DNA of 64,000 nt from contig NW_027117338.1 of the NCBI RefSeq assembly GCF_038025025.1, positions 1,798,001-1,862,000 of the forward strand, read 5' to 3'. Origin of the DNA: Phyllosticta citribraziliensis (taxonomy: Eukaryota). A program made the position numbers and the translations under genes. The notes under the pieces are model-generated. The model did not search any database. It was given only the letters and a program-made list of their open reading frames with translations, and was not told where the DNA came from. Of the stretch, positions 26,101 through 38,373 are shown piece by piece (position 1 is the stretch's first letter; every line of letters begins with the position of its first letter).

Positions 26101-29100
26101 TCAATCCTCGACCACGTCCTACCGCCCCCCTCAAGCGAGAGCACCGTGTCGAGAGAATCAGAGTATGCGCGCCGCCTTGCATCAGTCTGGGCCCTCTTCT
26201 GTTGCTCCGCTATCCGATTGATGACCCTCTTTCCGCCGCGTCCCTGCCAATCCTTCTACCCCAGTCCCGAACATGAACTGTACCATGTACATCTTGCTGC
26301 TCCCTCTCTGATTCAGATCGGATCCTTGGGCCTACACGCAGTTAGTCCAAGTCGTGTCCCTGCACACGCCTCCTCCTCCTACTCCTCCTCCTCCTCCTCC
26401 TCCTTCTTGCCCCCCGGAAAGCCTCGCTGCTCCAATGGGACGCGCCCGCCAACAACCCCTATCCCAGCAATTTTCAATAGCACTGCCTGCCTCCAATATC
26501 ATGATGCCGATCAGGTAATGCCGCCCCGTTCCCCGATCCTTTAATCGACAAGCAACCTCCTCGTAAATCTCGGCCTGCTACTGGCGCTGGTGGTTCCGCT
26601 CGTTGCAGAGAGGCAGTAGTCGCACGCAACGTTCCGCCGCTAGAGCATTCGTTAGGCCCATCCATCTCCAGGTTCAGATGCACATCACCACCCTCATCCC
26701 ATTGTTGTCATCAGACAACAGCAAAAGGGCGCACAACACGTGTGCCGTTGCAGGACGAACGGACGCGCGGTTTCTTCGGCACACATAACAATGTTCCAAA
26801 AACAGCAATACGAGCTATTGCGCGCGATGCTCCTTGCCAGTGGCAGTTAGTCTTTTTTTCTCTTCTCTTTGGCGCCGCTTGTCGTCTTTTTATGGAGAGA
26901 GGGGGAAAGAGGAGCAGCAATGAGGAAGGAAATCAATGTCGCTGCACACACCACGGCCGCCTGCCCGCCCCCGCAAAGGCAAGGCCACAAAGACAAGAAG
27001 GGATGCGCATCCGTTGCATCATGGATGTGCAGCGCTGCGCTGGGACCCCCTGCGTTTGGCAGGCGAGGGCCCGCCTACCCTTCCGCCTCGCTACTCGTCG
27101 CTACCACTCGACTTGCCTACCTGACCCGTGTGGTTGGTCAAGGTCTCGCTCACGTCGTCTCGTCTCGTCTCGTCGGTCTGGTCCCTTGTCATTCGACATT
27201 GTCGCCGTTGTCGCTGGTCGAGATTATTATCATCATCCCTCAGAATGGCCAGCCAGCCAACCAGCAACGCGGAACGAGGCGGTGCCCTGGATCTCTTCCT
27301 CGCACTCTCATTCAGTCGCTGTTGTTGCTGGGTATTGCTTCCCTTGTTCAGGGTGTGCTTGCGTGCCCTGGCTTGCCCTGCCCTGCCCTTCTCTTTGCCT
27401 GGGCGCTGGACGACGCTAGTAGCGAGCTACCCATCTACCTTGCCTTGCCTTGCCCTTTTCCCTTTTCTGCCCACCACCACAACCACCTGCCTGCTTGCCT
27501 CTTGCCTGCGAGCGAGCCTACTGCCTACTACTGCTCCAACTAATGCGCTGCACGGACGTTGATCCACGCCAGCTACCCTACATGCAGCTAGTGAGGTGGG
27601 CTAAACTCACACACCAAGCATGTGCAGTATTGGCTTGCTGCGATATCGAAACGACAACAGCAGCAACGTCTGAGCCTTGCCTTGTCTGTGATTGTTGTTG
27701 TTGTCATTGTTGTTGTCATGAATGACGTTGTTGAGACTTCGAGGCTGTGTCGTCGCCATGGTGTGATGATGATGGTGATGAGCGCAGGCGGCTGGGGCGC
27801 ATGCACGCACGCATGCACGAGCTCACACTCCTCGCTCGCTCGCTCTGCACGCATGTAGGTAGCTTTCTTGATGGGACACGAGAGCTCGAGCTCGAGTTCT
27901 CTCTCTGATATTTTCCTGTTTGCCGTACGATGCCGCGTTCTTCCTCGTTCTCCTTCCTCTCCCATCTTCTAGAGGGTCCTTCAAACCATGGCTGGCCATG
28001 GCAAACGCAACAATCTGGGAGGGAGGGTCTTGTTGGCCCAGTGTTCCGTCTTCCCAACAAAAAAAGAGTTGCAAAACTGGCGAGTGGGGGATGGGAGGGG
28101 TCTTCTGCGAACCAAGATTCCAAGTCATCCATAATCTCATCCGTATCCAATTTTGGTCTGCCCAGCAAAGAGAGTGGGAATGGGAGTCGTCTTCAAACCA
28201 AGATCCGCAACATAAGTTTAGTGAACCCCAATCCAAAGTTTTCATCTGTTTTTTAAAAGGGTCTGGTCCATTGGTCCATTTTTTTCAATACTCCATTCCC
28301 CATTTTCCTTCCCTATAACGCCATATCTACCGCCGGGTCGGTGGGTTCGTCTCCAAATCAAGAATTGCAAGATCAGCTTAATGAATCCGAATCCAATGTT
28401 CGTCTGCATTTGAGGGTCATGATCCATTGTTCACTTTTTCCAATCTTCAATCCCCCCCTTTCCCCTTCTCACGACACTCAGAATCCATGTATGGCCCTCG
28501 ATATTGAATACACCGCCCAGAATAGCACTCTGCTTCCCCCTTGTGCTGTCAATAATAAATACACCCACCGTCTTTCTTGAGCCACAGCAAGCGATGGTTC
28601 CAATGACCAGAAAAAAGGAGACGAAAGCAAGAATGACTCTCAATCAATAGCTCAGAACCACGAACATGAAGACGAGAGAGTCACTCCCCTTCGAGCGGTG
28701 ATTCTTCTCTTGCATTCGAATCGCTTCGATGCTTGATAATTTACTTGCGGCTCCGCGTTTGTGGACTCCTGCGTTCCCTTCCTTCTTCAGGGGATGCGTT
28801 TCGCTTTGCGAGTAAACAAAGTGGATGTATCGCAAAGCTGGCGAGACTCGGGATGGATTCCAGAACAGCAGGCTTCTGTGACGGAGATGGCTCTTCTTTT
28901 ATGAACACGCCCTTCCCGTTGATGGCTGATGTATTTCTTTCCCACCGCGCGAGGACAGTCGTGCGTGCTTCTGTCACTTCCTGCTGGCCGTTGCGGCTCA
29001 GACATCCTCCACTCACCTCTGCGACTTGCTCTGCTATGACTGACTCGCCCCTCGCCCCTCTCCTGTTCAAATTTCAGCCAAAATGCGCAAGGGGGCAGAA

Positions 29101-30180
29101 ATTCGTTGTGACGCCACTCTCCGTCTTCTCGAGAGCAGCAAAGCAAACAGTCGGAGTGGCTGAAATTCTTGAGTCCCCAACGCGCGTCAGAGGAACAGCC
29201 AAAAGCCGCGTCCCTCGCCGTTGACGGCATTATCTGCCGCTGCTTCAAACCATGAAGAGATCTTACTCCCTCGAACTTTCACTGCCGCCCTGTACCGTAG
29301 TCACAATTGTTCAAAATGTCTCGTTTTGCCATGAGCCTCTATTCCGTCTCGAGGCGACAGCTTGACTGATTTCTTGCCCTGCGGCGACTTCGTCTCAGAG
29401 ATTGGCTGGCTCTGACACGGGACTGCGGTGGATGCACACGTTGATGATAACATCGTGTCTGGCGATCCTCGCCCCTTCAAGTTCTTCGCAGTGTGGCCGG
29501 GAGGGGAGGAGGGAGTTGATGGTTGAATGTGGGTCATATCAAAGAAATCCTTTTGGCCGAAATACGTAATGAAAGCGCCCTAGCCTGGAGGTGTTAAGCA
29601 AACTTGTATGGATGTGGGAATTTAACGGAATAAGAGAGAGTGATGCTGAAGATTGAAAGTCGCATATTGAACTTGACTTTTGAACCCACCGACCGCAAAA
29701 GGAAAGAGAAGGTTTCTTGTTTGAACGTAGCAAGCCAAACTATCGTTTGCATCATGTCATTTGTGGGAGAAGCGTTCAATGTTGGAGTTCTGGCATTTTC
29801 TCTTTCGACGCCACGTTTGGATGTCCCCACAGTGAATATACTCCCCGTTGACCAAGATGTTCGATAGTGGGCCTCAGTATTCCCCTTTTCGTTAACCCTC
29901 AAGCCAACAAGGTGTCGCTTTCTGAACCCCCTACTACTGAATGGTTGCGAGCACAGGGGGCGGTATTGACTGGTTGTATGAGGCAAGTCCCCGTGTCCAT
30001 TCGTCTACACACTTGAGACTGATCGAAACCGTGCGGGAAGTCTCCGTGGGGAAGCTGATGAACGATGAACCCGTTCGCTGATTCGCCACACAATTTGCCC
30101 ATCCCATCTTGCTGGCTGTTGGGTATGTGAGGCGGACTTGGCTGAATCAAGCATACTGAGGCCGACGGAGCAACCTGTAT

Positions 30181-31518
30181 TCAGTAGCGAGAGTCCATGT
30201 CCTCAATGTCAGCCTCCTCTTCTGATTCCTCCTCTTGCTCCACATTGCCAACGCCGTGGTCTGGTTTTGTAAGCTTTTTCAGCTGTCCTGCGTCGCTGAT
30301 GACAACATCCTCCGAAAATCCCAAGTTCTTCTTTTGATCGGCGGTCAATTCGACCATGGTGGGCGCATACTCGCCAGTCTCGTCATCTTCGTCGTAGCCA
30401 CCAACGTCCATCTCGACCTGCTCACCGTCTTCGAGTTCCAGAATACCCCGCCGTACAAAAGAATCGTCAAGCTGCCATCCGTACTCGGATTTGAGAAACT
30501 CTTCCAAGTCGTCTAGTTCGTCCAGCACGTCGGCCTTTTGCGCGCCCTGTAGCTCGTCAAGGCCCTTTCTGAACCTTCTCAGTAGACTCTTCAGCAGGCT
30601 TGCGCCGTCCTCGCTCAAGTCGAACAGCCCTCCTTCGGCATCTTGGGTTCTCTTGAGCTGTAGTCGCAGCAATTGCAAAAGTTTGATGTAGAGCCCGGGT
30701 CTCTCCACCACTGCTCTTTTGCAGGTAAACAGCAGCTCCAGTATTCTTCTCCATTGCTCCAGGCAAGAATTGTTGTTCAGCGTCAGCACCATCAGAAAGG
30801 TAAATTGCATCTCTCCAAGAATTTCGTCCTCCTCTTGACGAGCGCAATGGTGCCCGACCAGCTCGCCCAAGGCCCACGATCGATCCCTCGCCGCTTCGGT
30901 GCGTTCCCTCCCCGTCGCACCCTCGCGCCACGTTTGCTTCAAATCGACCGGCAAGAAATGCAGCTCGCGGTCAGGCTGGAAGGCGCTCTGCTCCTCGGAC
31001 AAGCCGGGAATGTCGTCCATGTCGCGCGCGGCCGAGCTGGCAGATGTCAGGGCCCAGTGGTCGGGTGTGGCGTCATCGCCGAGGATGCGGAAGAGCATGT
31101 CGGCGGATATGCAGTCGGTCAGGTTGCGCCAGTCGCCCTCGCGGTCCTCCTGCTCCTCGCCGTCTTTGGACGCGCTCTGCCGGTACGGCGTCAGGCCTTC
31201 GCGCCACACGGCGCCGAGGTTGGCGCGCCATCGCAGCGTCTCGGCCTCGTCTGTCTCTGCGACGAGCTCTTCGGCCGCTGTGTCCCATTTTTTGATGAAT
31301 ACTTGCGGCGGCGCGCCTGGCGTATTATCCACCCGGAACCATGCTCCATGGCGCAGGGAGAGCGAAGATGTGCTGCTGGTGAAGACGAAATGCCAGCCGC
31401 TCGGCAGCTCTTTGACGCCCTTGAAGCGGTCTGTGGTGGTGAAGGAGAGGAGATTGATGCCGCCGAGAGCACCGGGTGGGAGGTTGAGGAGCAGCACGCA
31501 GGCTTTGTTGGTATCCAT
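30181..31518 (-). CDS. AAR2: U5 snRNP assembly factor Aar2 (A1 cistron-splicing factor), 445 aa, single exon
   Basis: GGINLLSFT, FKGVKELPSGWHFVF, RHGAWF, ERTEAARDRSWAL, ILGEMQFTFL..NNNSCLEQWRRIL and an acidic EDDETGEYAP tail. Confidence 0.9.
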   Translation of the reverse strand: MDTNKACVLLLNLPPGALGGINLLSFTTTDRFKGVKELPSGWHFVFTSSTSSLSLRHGAWFRVDNTPGAPPQVFIKKWDTAAEELVAETDEAETLRWRANLGAVWREGLTPYRQSASKDGEEQEDREGDWRNLTDCISADMLFRILGDDATPDHWALTSASSAARDMDDIPGLSEEQSAFQPDRELHFLPVDLKQTWREGATGRERTEAARDRSWALGELVGHHCARQEEDEILGEMQFTFLMVLTLNNNSCLEQWRRILELLFTCKRAVVERPGLYIKLLQLLRLQLKRTQDAEGGLFDLSEDGASLLKSLLRRFRKGLDELQGAQKADVLDELDDLEEFLKSEYGWQLDDSFVRRGILELEDGEQVEMDVGGYDEDDETGEYAPTMVELTADQKKNLGFSEDVVISDAGQLKKLTKPDHGVGNVEQEEESEEEADIEDMDSRY

Positions 31519-31984
31519 GGTTGGCCTGTATCTTTACGGACTTTGCGCTTCTCGACGATACATTTCCGTTCAAGTTCGAGGTGGTTTAGTTTTGAGGGAA
31601 ATTGATGTCATGGGTCGTCGCGACGCGCAGCAAAGGGTCCGCGCCAGATCCCAGTCGCGCTACCAACTCTGGTGACCAATCACACCTCTCACCAAGACAT
31701 TCAAGATTTCATAACAGGACAAAGACACAGAATCACATTGTCGCGGCGATATATAGGCACCATTCTCATTACGAGCTGCAATAGACTTCCGGAGAAGCTG
31801 TTCCATCACATTCTATCTGGGCTGCCGTTATTCGGGTATGCTGGCCAGTACACGCCTGAAAAGACCGGAATCAAAACAGGGAGACCAGCCAGAGGATGAG
31901 GACCAGGCAGTTAAAGCCGTTCCTCGCGTATTCGTTACCAATCCCATATACCTCGAGCGCACACCCAAAGCCACCAGCACCAAT

Positions 31985-32604
<620 letters not shown>

Positions 32605-32819
32605 GGTGGACGAATGTGATCGAGGTTGACGGGATGGTCTGTCGCGAATGGAGAGCGGAGGTCGGGTGGCAGAAAAATGGGTGGTTTTGCTGTGCGGTCT
32701 GCCAAGAGTTCTCCCGAGGTGACGCCGCCCTCGCTTAGATTTTTCCGACGACTACTTCAACCTTTCTTCGCGCCGTCCGTTTCTCTTCTCCATCTCCTTC
32801 ACACCTTCAATCCGCCAAC

Positions 32820-34712
32820 ATGGACGCCACCGAGAAGACGGTCGGCATCATTGGCATGGGCGACATGGGCGCCATGTACGCCAAGAAGCTCAGCGACGCT
32901 GGATGGAGGTAGGTGGCCTTTCTACGCTGTAGTTGGGTCACGCGCGCGTACGAGGTAAGCAACTCCAACTTTTCCCTTTCCCTCACCACCCGACAATGAT
33001 GACCGTGAGTGCATTTGGCTCGAGTATGACCCTCTGTTCCGAAGTGCCATTCTGGATACTGAGGAGCGGGGGGTCGTCGATGATGTAAAAACCACGCTAC
33101 CTTATTTCTTTTTGTCTGAAAAGTCGTCTCACCGCACACTTCAAGTCTCGTTCTCTTTGGAACCAGAAGCTGACTTGACCAGACCTTGTAGATTCTCCTC
33201 GTACTCGCCGTGACTCGCTCACATGCAATGACCTCTGCTCAATGGCATCTCTGACGTCTCACTCGCCAGAATCAATGCCTGCGATGCCCCGCACAAGTTT
33301 GACAAACTCAAGGAAGCCTATGCTGGAAATGTAGGACGCGCGTGCCCACGTCCAGCAGAGCGGCTAGCTGAGGCTATGATAGAATAATATACACATTTAT
33401 CCCGACGGTCATCTCGTCTCCAGATGTAGTGATTTCATCATCTACAGCGTGCCGGCCGAACACATCGGCTCGATTGTCGCCAAATATGGGCAGTGTATGC
33501 AAGTGGGACGCCCGCAAACGTGACGGCCGTCGACTGATGCGGATACTGTCCAGCAACCAAGCTCGGTGCCGTCGTGGGTGGACAGACGTCGTGCAAGGCC
33601 CCAGAAGTCGCTGCGTTCGAGAAACACCTGCCCCCCGACGTCGACATCGTGCCCATCCATTCGCTCCACGGTCCTGGTGTTGATCCCAAAGGTCAGCCTC
33701 TGGTGCTTATCAGGCATCGTGCCAGCGATGCGTCGTTCAACCTCGTCGAGCGCGTCTTGTCATGTCTGCAGTCCAAGAAGGTCTACCTCACGGCCGCCGA
33801 GCACGACCGCATCACGGCAGACACGCAGGCCGTGACGCACGCTGCCTTTCTCTCCATGGGCGCCGCCTGGGCCGCCAACAGGCAGTTCCCGTGGGAGAAC
33901 CCGCGCTACATTGGCGGCATCGAGAATGTCAAGATCAACGTGACGCTGCGCATCTACGCCAACAAGTGGCACGTGTACGCCGGACTGGCCATCCTGAACC
34001 CATACGCGCAGCAGCAGATTGCGCAGTACGCCAAGTCGGTGACGGAGCTGTTCAAGCTGATGCTGGGCGGCCACAAGCAGGAGCTCTCGGAGCGCATCAA
34101 GAAGGCCCGCGCCGCCGTCTTCCGGACCAGGCAGTCTGACGCCGACCTGCTGCTCAAGGACCAGGTCCTGGATCGCTTCAGCCTGGGCGAGCTGCCGCCC
34201 GAGCGCGTCAGGAACAACCACCTGAGCCTGCTGGCCATGGTCGACAGCTGGTGGAAGCTGGGAATCAATCCCTACGACCACATGATTTGCTCGACGCCGG
34301 TACGTGTGTGCTCCATGTCGAGCGACATTCAAACTAACAAGCGATCTACTATCAGCTCTTTCGCCTGTGGCTCGGCGCCACCGAGTACCTCTACCGTCGC
34401 CCGGACCTGCTCGACGAGTGCATCGAGACGGCCATCACGGACAACACGTTCCGCGCAGACGACCTCGAGTTTACCTTCGCCGCGAGGGTACGCCATCAAC
34501 ACCTCCCCGCCCCCTACTCTCCACGGCTCATCAGCGCACAATGCTAACAAAGACACAAGGACTGGAGCGAGCGCGTCAGCCTGGGCAACATGGAGGCCTA
34601 CCGCGAGAAGTTCGAGACGATCCAGTCTTACTTCGAGCCGCGGTTCCCCGAGGCCAAGCGCGTCGGCAACGAGATGATCAAGACCATCCTGGCCAAGACG
34701 AAGAGCTCGTGA
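32820..34712 (+). CDS. TYR1: Prephenate dehydrogenase (NADP+), about 430 aa. Exons 32820-32908, 33270-33330, 33383-33494, 33554-34299, 34356-34487 and 34560-34712
   Basis: Rossmann motif VGIIGMGDMG, then GGQTSCKAPE, HSLHGP, HDRITADTQAVTHAAFLSMG, KWHVYAGLAILNP and YDHMICSTPLFR. Five introns; spliced length 1293 nt. Confidence 0.95.
32991..33126 (+). ncRNA. snR13: Box C/D snoRNA, snR13 homologue (guide for 25S rRNA 2'-O-methylation, Am2280/Am2281 in yeast numbering), intronic in TYR1
   Basis: C box ATGATGA at 32996-33002 and D box CTGA at 33116-33119, with a terminal stem CGAC/GTCG. GAGTGCATTTGGCTCGAGT and GCTACCTTA segments are complementary to the 25S TAAGGTAGCCAAATGC region and match my recollection of yeast snR13. 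Confidence 0.88.
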
Positions 34713-36763
34713 GGTGGAGGATTGTCAAGTTGAGATGGTGGTGGGTGGGAAGTCACTTCTTTCTCTTTACCGCAGCGAGGAATTCTGAGCGACGTCAGTG
34801 GTGCCTGGCGGGTCGAGTGTGAATATCCCTGGCTCTCCGATAGCTCTTCGCGTAATATTGCAGTCAACTTCGCGGAGCAATGGATACAGGACACAGTCGC
34901 CGGTTCGATTGTTGGAACACATGAAAGCAATTGCGTCCCTCCCTCCTACTCAAAACCCGCGGGCACTTTGGACGTATCAAGCCGCTCGAAACAATCGCTC
35001 TCTGAATCCTTGTCGACGGCTGGAATATCCCCTTGACCATTGCTCACAGACCCTCCATTCCTCGCGGCGATCCCCCATTCCCACGCGACACAGTCGGACG
35101 GACAACGATGACGACCTGGAAAAGAGCGATGGTGTGGTTTTTTTCGACCATTTGCAGCATGACAATTCACGCACGCACATTTTGAGACAGTCATGCCATT
35201 CGTCATGCGCCCGCATTCAATCCACTGTCCATCTTTGCCCTGCGCTTCCTTGGCTTTATCACGCATTCCCGGTTAGTCTTTCCGCAGACACGGACGGACA
35301 ATTGAATGAGTTGACATTGTGACTGGAGCCTTGAGGCAACATGGCAGTAGCAGCAGCAGCTGCAGAAAACAGAAATGGGGAACCACGGGAAGATACTGTG
35401 TCCTACAAAAATATTCATATAACCAGCGGGCGCCTACCGAATCATCCAATTCCATTACCCTAACTAGCGAATCAATCCATCTGCTTGTTCCGGGGTATAC
35501 ATATTGCCGTTACCAACCATCATCCAACCCTCTCGACAAATCACCAGGAAGAAGAAACGAGGGAAGAGAGGACCCGGGGGAAAAAACGTCAAAGCTGGAG
35601 AGTGCCAAAATCGGTCTGTCCCAGAGTCGACCGGCGGCCAACTTCACTTAGTCGGACAAAGAGTGACCGGGCAGCCAATCTGAACCATCTCGTTCTCTCA
35701 ACGTGACGTGTTTTTCCCTTGACGGGTAGATGTTCTTTTCTTTAGAGCCACTTTGGCCGGCTAGCGTATCAGCCCAATCCGCATCGCCTGTGAGGACGAA
35801 GACCAAGGAGAAGGTGAAGAAAGGCGTGTCTCGTAACGGCATTGATTCATCATCCGTCCGCTCATCCGTGTCCGTAACACAGCCGTAGCCGCGTTTTCAA
35901 TCAACGGAGCCAACCCGAATACTGTGAGAAGACTTCCACCCACACCACGTACGCCCGGACAAGGAGACTACTAGATGGAGAGAAGAGGAGAGAGGACTGT
36001 AAACCGAGAGGGAAGCTAGTAGGTAGGTAGGGAGATTTGTAGGTAGGTAGGTAGGTAATAGGGGTAGTAATAGAAGCAACACACACCGGAACGAAGAAAA
36101 AAAAAGAGACGAGGAAAAATCATTAGCTCCCGCACCCTGACACAATCCGCGCGCGCGCACCCATTTCCCGCAACCCAGTAGTACCCAGAACCGGAACCAG
36201 AACCTCCAACCCTCGAACCCTAGAACCCACAGTCCCGACGCACCGCCTGCACCACATCAAATGTAGGTAACGACAAGAAAAACTCCTCCCGAAGCAAAAG
36301 CCAAAAAAACAACAACAAAAAAAATCGTTCGTTTCCCCCGTCCGCCCGTGTGCGCACCTAACCAGCTCCAGTTTGTCCTGCAACCCCAGCAACCCGAACC
36401 CAGTTTCATTTCGTGTGTGTTTTGCCAGCCTTTCCTTTTCCCTTTTCCCTGGAAAAAGAAACAAACAAGCGCCCCTGTTGTGGTAGTCATGGAAAGCAAA
36501 ACCAAAAAACCTTCGCCGTCATGACCTGTGAATGTAGATAAGGAGACAAGGAAAGAAAAACGACGGGGGAATTAACCTTTTTTTGTTCGTGTGTGCGAGT
36601 GACGAAAACACCAGAGGAGAAAAGCGTGGGGGGGATATCAATCCGAAAAAGACAGATGCCGGCGCCGTGCTCCCCTTGTGTTTTTGTTGTGTAAAAGCCC
36701 GTCCCGAACGATGACAGCAGCAATGGCATGCGTGCGTATGCTTTTTTGGGTTTTTGCAATTCA

Positions 36764-38373
36764 TCAACCCCAGACCGAAGCCTGGACGCCGAGCGAACCC
36801 TTGGAAGATCCCCAAACGCTGCTGTTGCTTCCCCAGCCAAGCCCGGAGACGGTGGCGGCGGTGTTCTTCTCCGCGGCGCTGGAGGGGTTGGAGGCAGCCG
36901 ATGCATCGGCGGCAGCAGCGGCGGCAGCGGCAGCGGCTTGGTGTTGGTCGCTGGCCGTGAAGCCGTAGCTCAATGGCGAGGGCAACGGCGTGGTGGAGCG
37001 CTTGCTCAGAGCCGGGTTCGCGGCCTGGCCTGAGGGCTGAACCGGACGTGTGCCGATCGGCGCAACGCCCGCAGATCCGGGCGCTTTGATGGAAACGCCG
37101 CCCTGGCGAGGCGGCGAGCCGCCCGTGGGCGAAGAGTTGGAGGTACGGCTTGACTGCTGGGCCGTCTCGAAGAGGCTGAAGGAGGCGGCCTGGTTGGAGG
37201 CGGGAGACGAGGTGCTGTTGGCACGCGAACGTTGAGCGCCGACGCCGGCATCCTTGCCATCACGCGGCGGCATCTGGACGGGCGGCTCACCGCCTGGCTT
37301 GATCGGAGCCGACATGCCGAAGGGGTCAAAGGCCAGCGGCGAAGTGCCGCGTCCAGCAAGGGAGGTCTGCACTCGGACGTCCTGGCTCGGCTGGCGCGAG
37401 TCGGGATACAATGTGGAGTTTTCGCCGTACAGGGCGCGGTGCTGGCGCGCAATGAGCTCACGGCGTTCTTCCTCACTCATGGCATTTGGAGACATTGAAC
37501 GGTCGGACTTGGCTCCCGAGATATCTGAAAGAACACCTAATGGGTTAACCATTGTTTCCTACTCTATTGTCCATTCTCGATCTCCTTACTCCTGTTGTAT
37601 TGCTGCTCCTGGTGGTAGTTACGCAGCTCCCGTTCCCGCTGAGCAGCCATGCGCCGCTTTGCCTGCATCATCTGGTCGGCTTCGTTTGGGCGAGGGGCGA
37701 AGCGCTGGTTGGCGTAGTATCCCTGGAGGTTCTGCGCCGAGTGCGAGCGGATGCCGTCGTAGTCGCTGACCGAGTGGTGGCGCTGCTGGGAGTTCATGCT
37801 GCGAGGGTCTGTCACCGGAGTCAGTACTGCGACGCTTGAGGGTGGCGACGAGACGTTGCTGCAGGTTGGCGTGCAACACTTACCATAACCTTCGCCGCTG
37901 CCGCCGCCGTACGCACGGCCCATGGGAGGCATCGAGTCCCGGCGCGGCACGCCAGGGGCGCCAAAATAAGGCATCTTGCCGCTCTTGTAGAGGTTGTCAA
38001 TGGCGCGGTCGACCTCTGGTAGAAAGTTAGCGCAGGGTCTTGCAGGGCTGGTGGTTGACGTGACGAAAATGGTACGACGGCAGCGGTTGTGGAGCCTTCG
38101 GGTGGAATTTCGGGCATTTGGGAACACCTGGCAGGTAGGTACATTAGGCAAAGAGGACACTGACCTTCTATTTGAGTGAGGAACGCATTGGGTTCCTCGC
38201 GCTGCACCGTCGAACTTGTGCCTGTACGCCATTGTTACTATTGTGCGGGTGGGTGGGTGGAAAGACGGCTGCTGAGCGGGCAAGGGCATACCAGATCGCG
38301 ACGGAGGGGCGGGGGCCTCCCAGGACGGCTGGCGTCCAGCAGACCAAGCGGCGGATTCGTAGTAGGCAGACAT
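36764..38373 (-). CDS. Conserved fungal hypothetical, largely disordered protein, about 420 aa. Exons 38373-38292, 38221-38165, 38015-37884, 37808-37590 and 37536-36764
   Basis: Four canonical introns give one frame. It has short structured-looking blocks (EEVDRAIDNLYKSGK, QAKRRMAAQRERELRNYHQEQQYNRS, MSEEERRELIARQHRALYG) and ends LGVQASVWG. Confidence 0.8.

Noticed and set aside
23691..27562. Several 200-290 aa ORFs upstream of CON7
   Set aside because: Low-complexity Pro/Arg/Ser/Cys translations typical of non-coding GC-rich DNA, with no family motif.
30673..31675. Long plus-strand ORFs over AAR2
   Set aside because: Antisense shadows of a GC3-rich real gene. The same applies to the shadow ORFs over THI6, SFH5, the PPR gene, TYR1 and SIN1.
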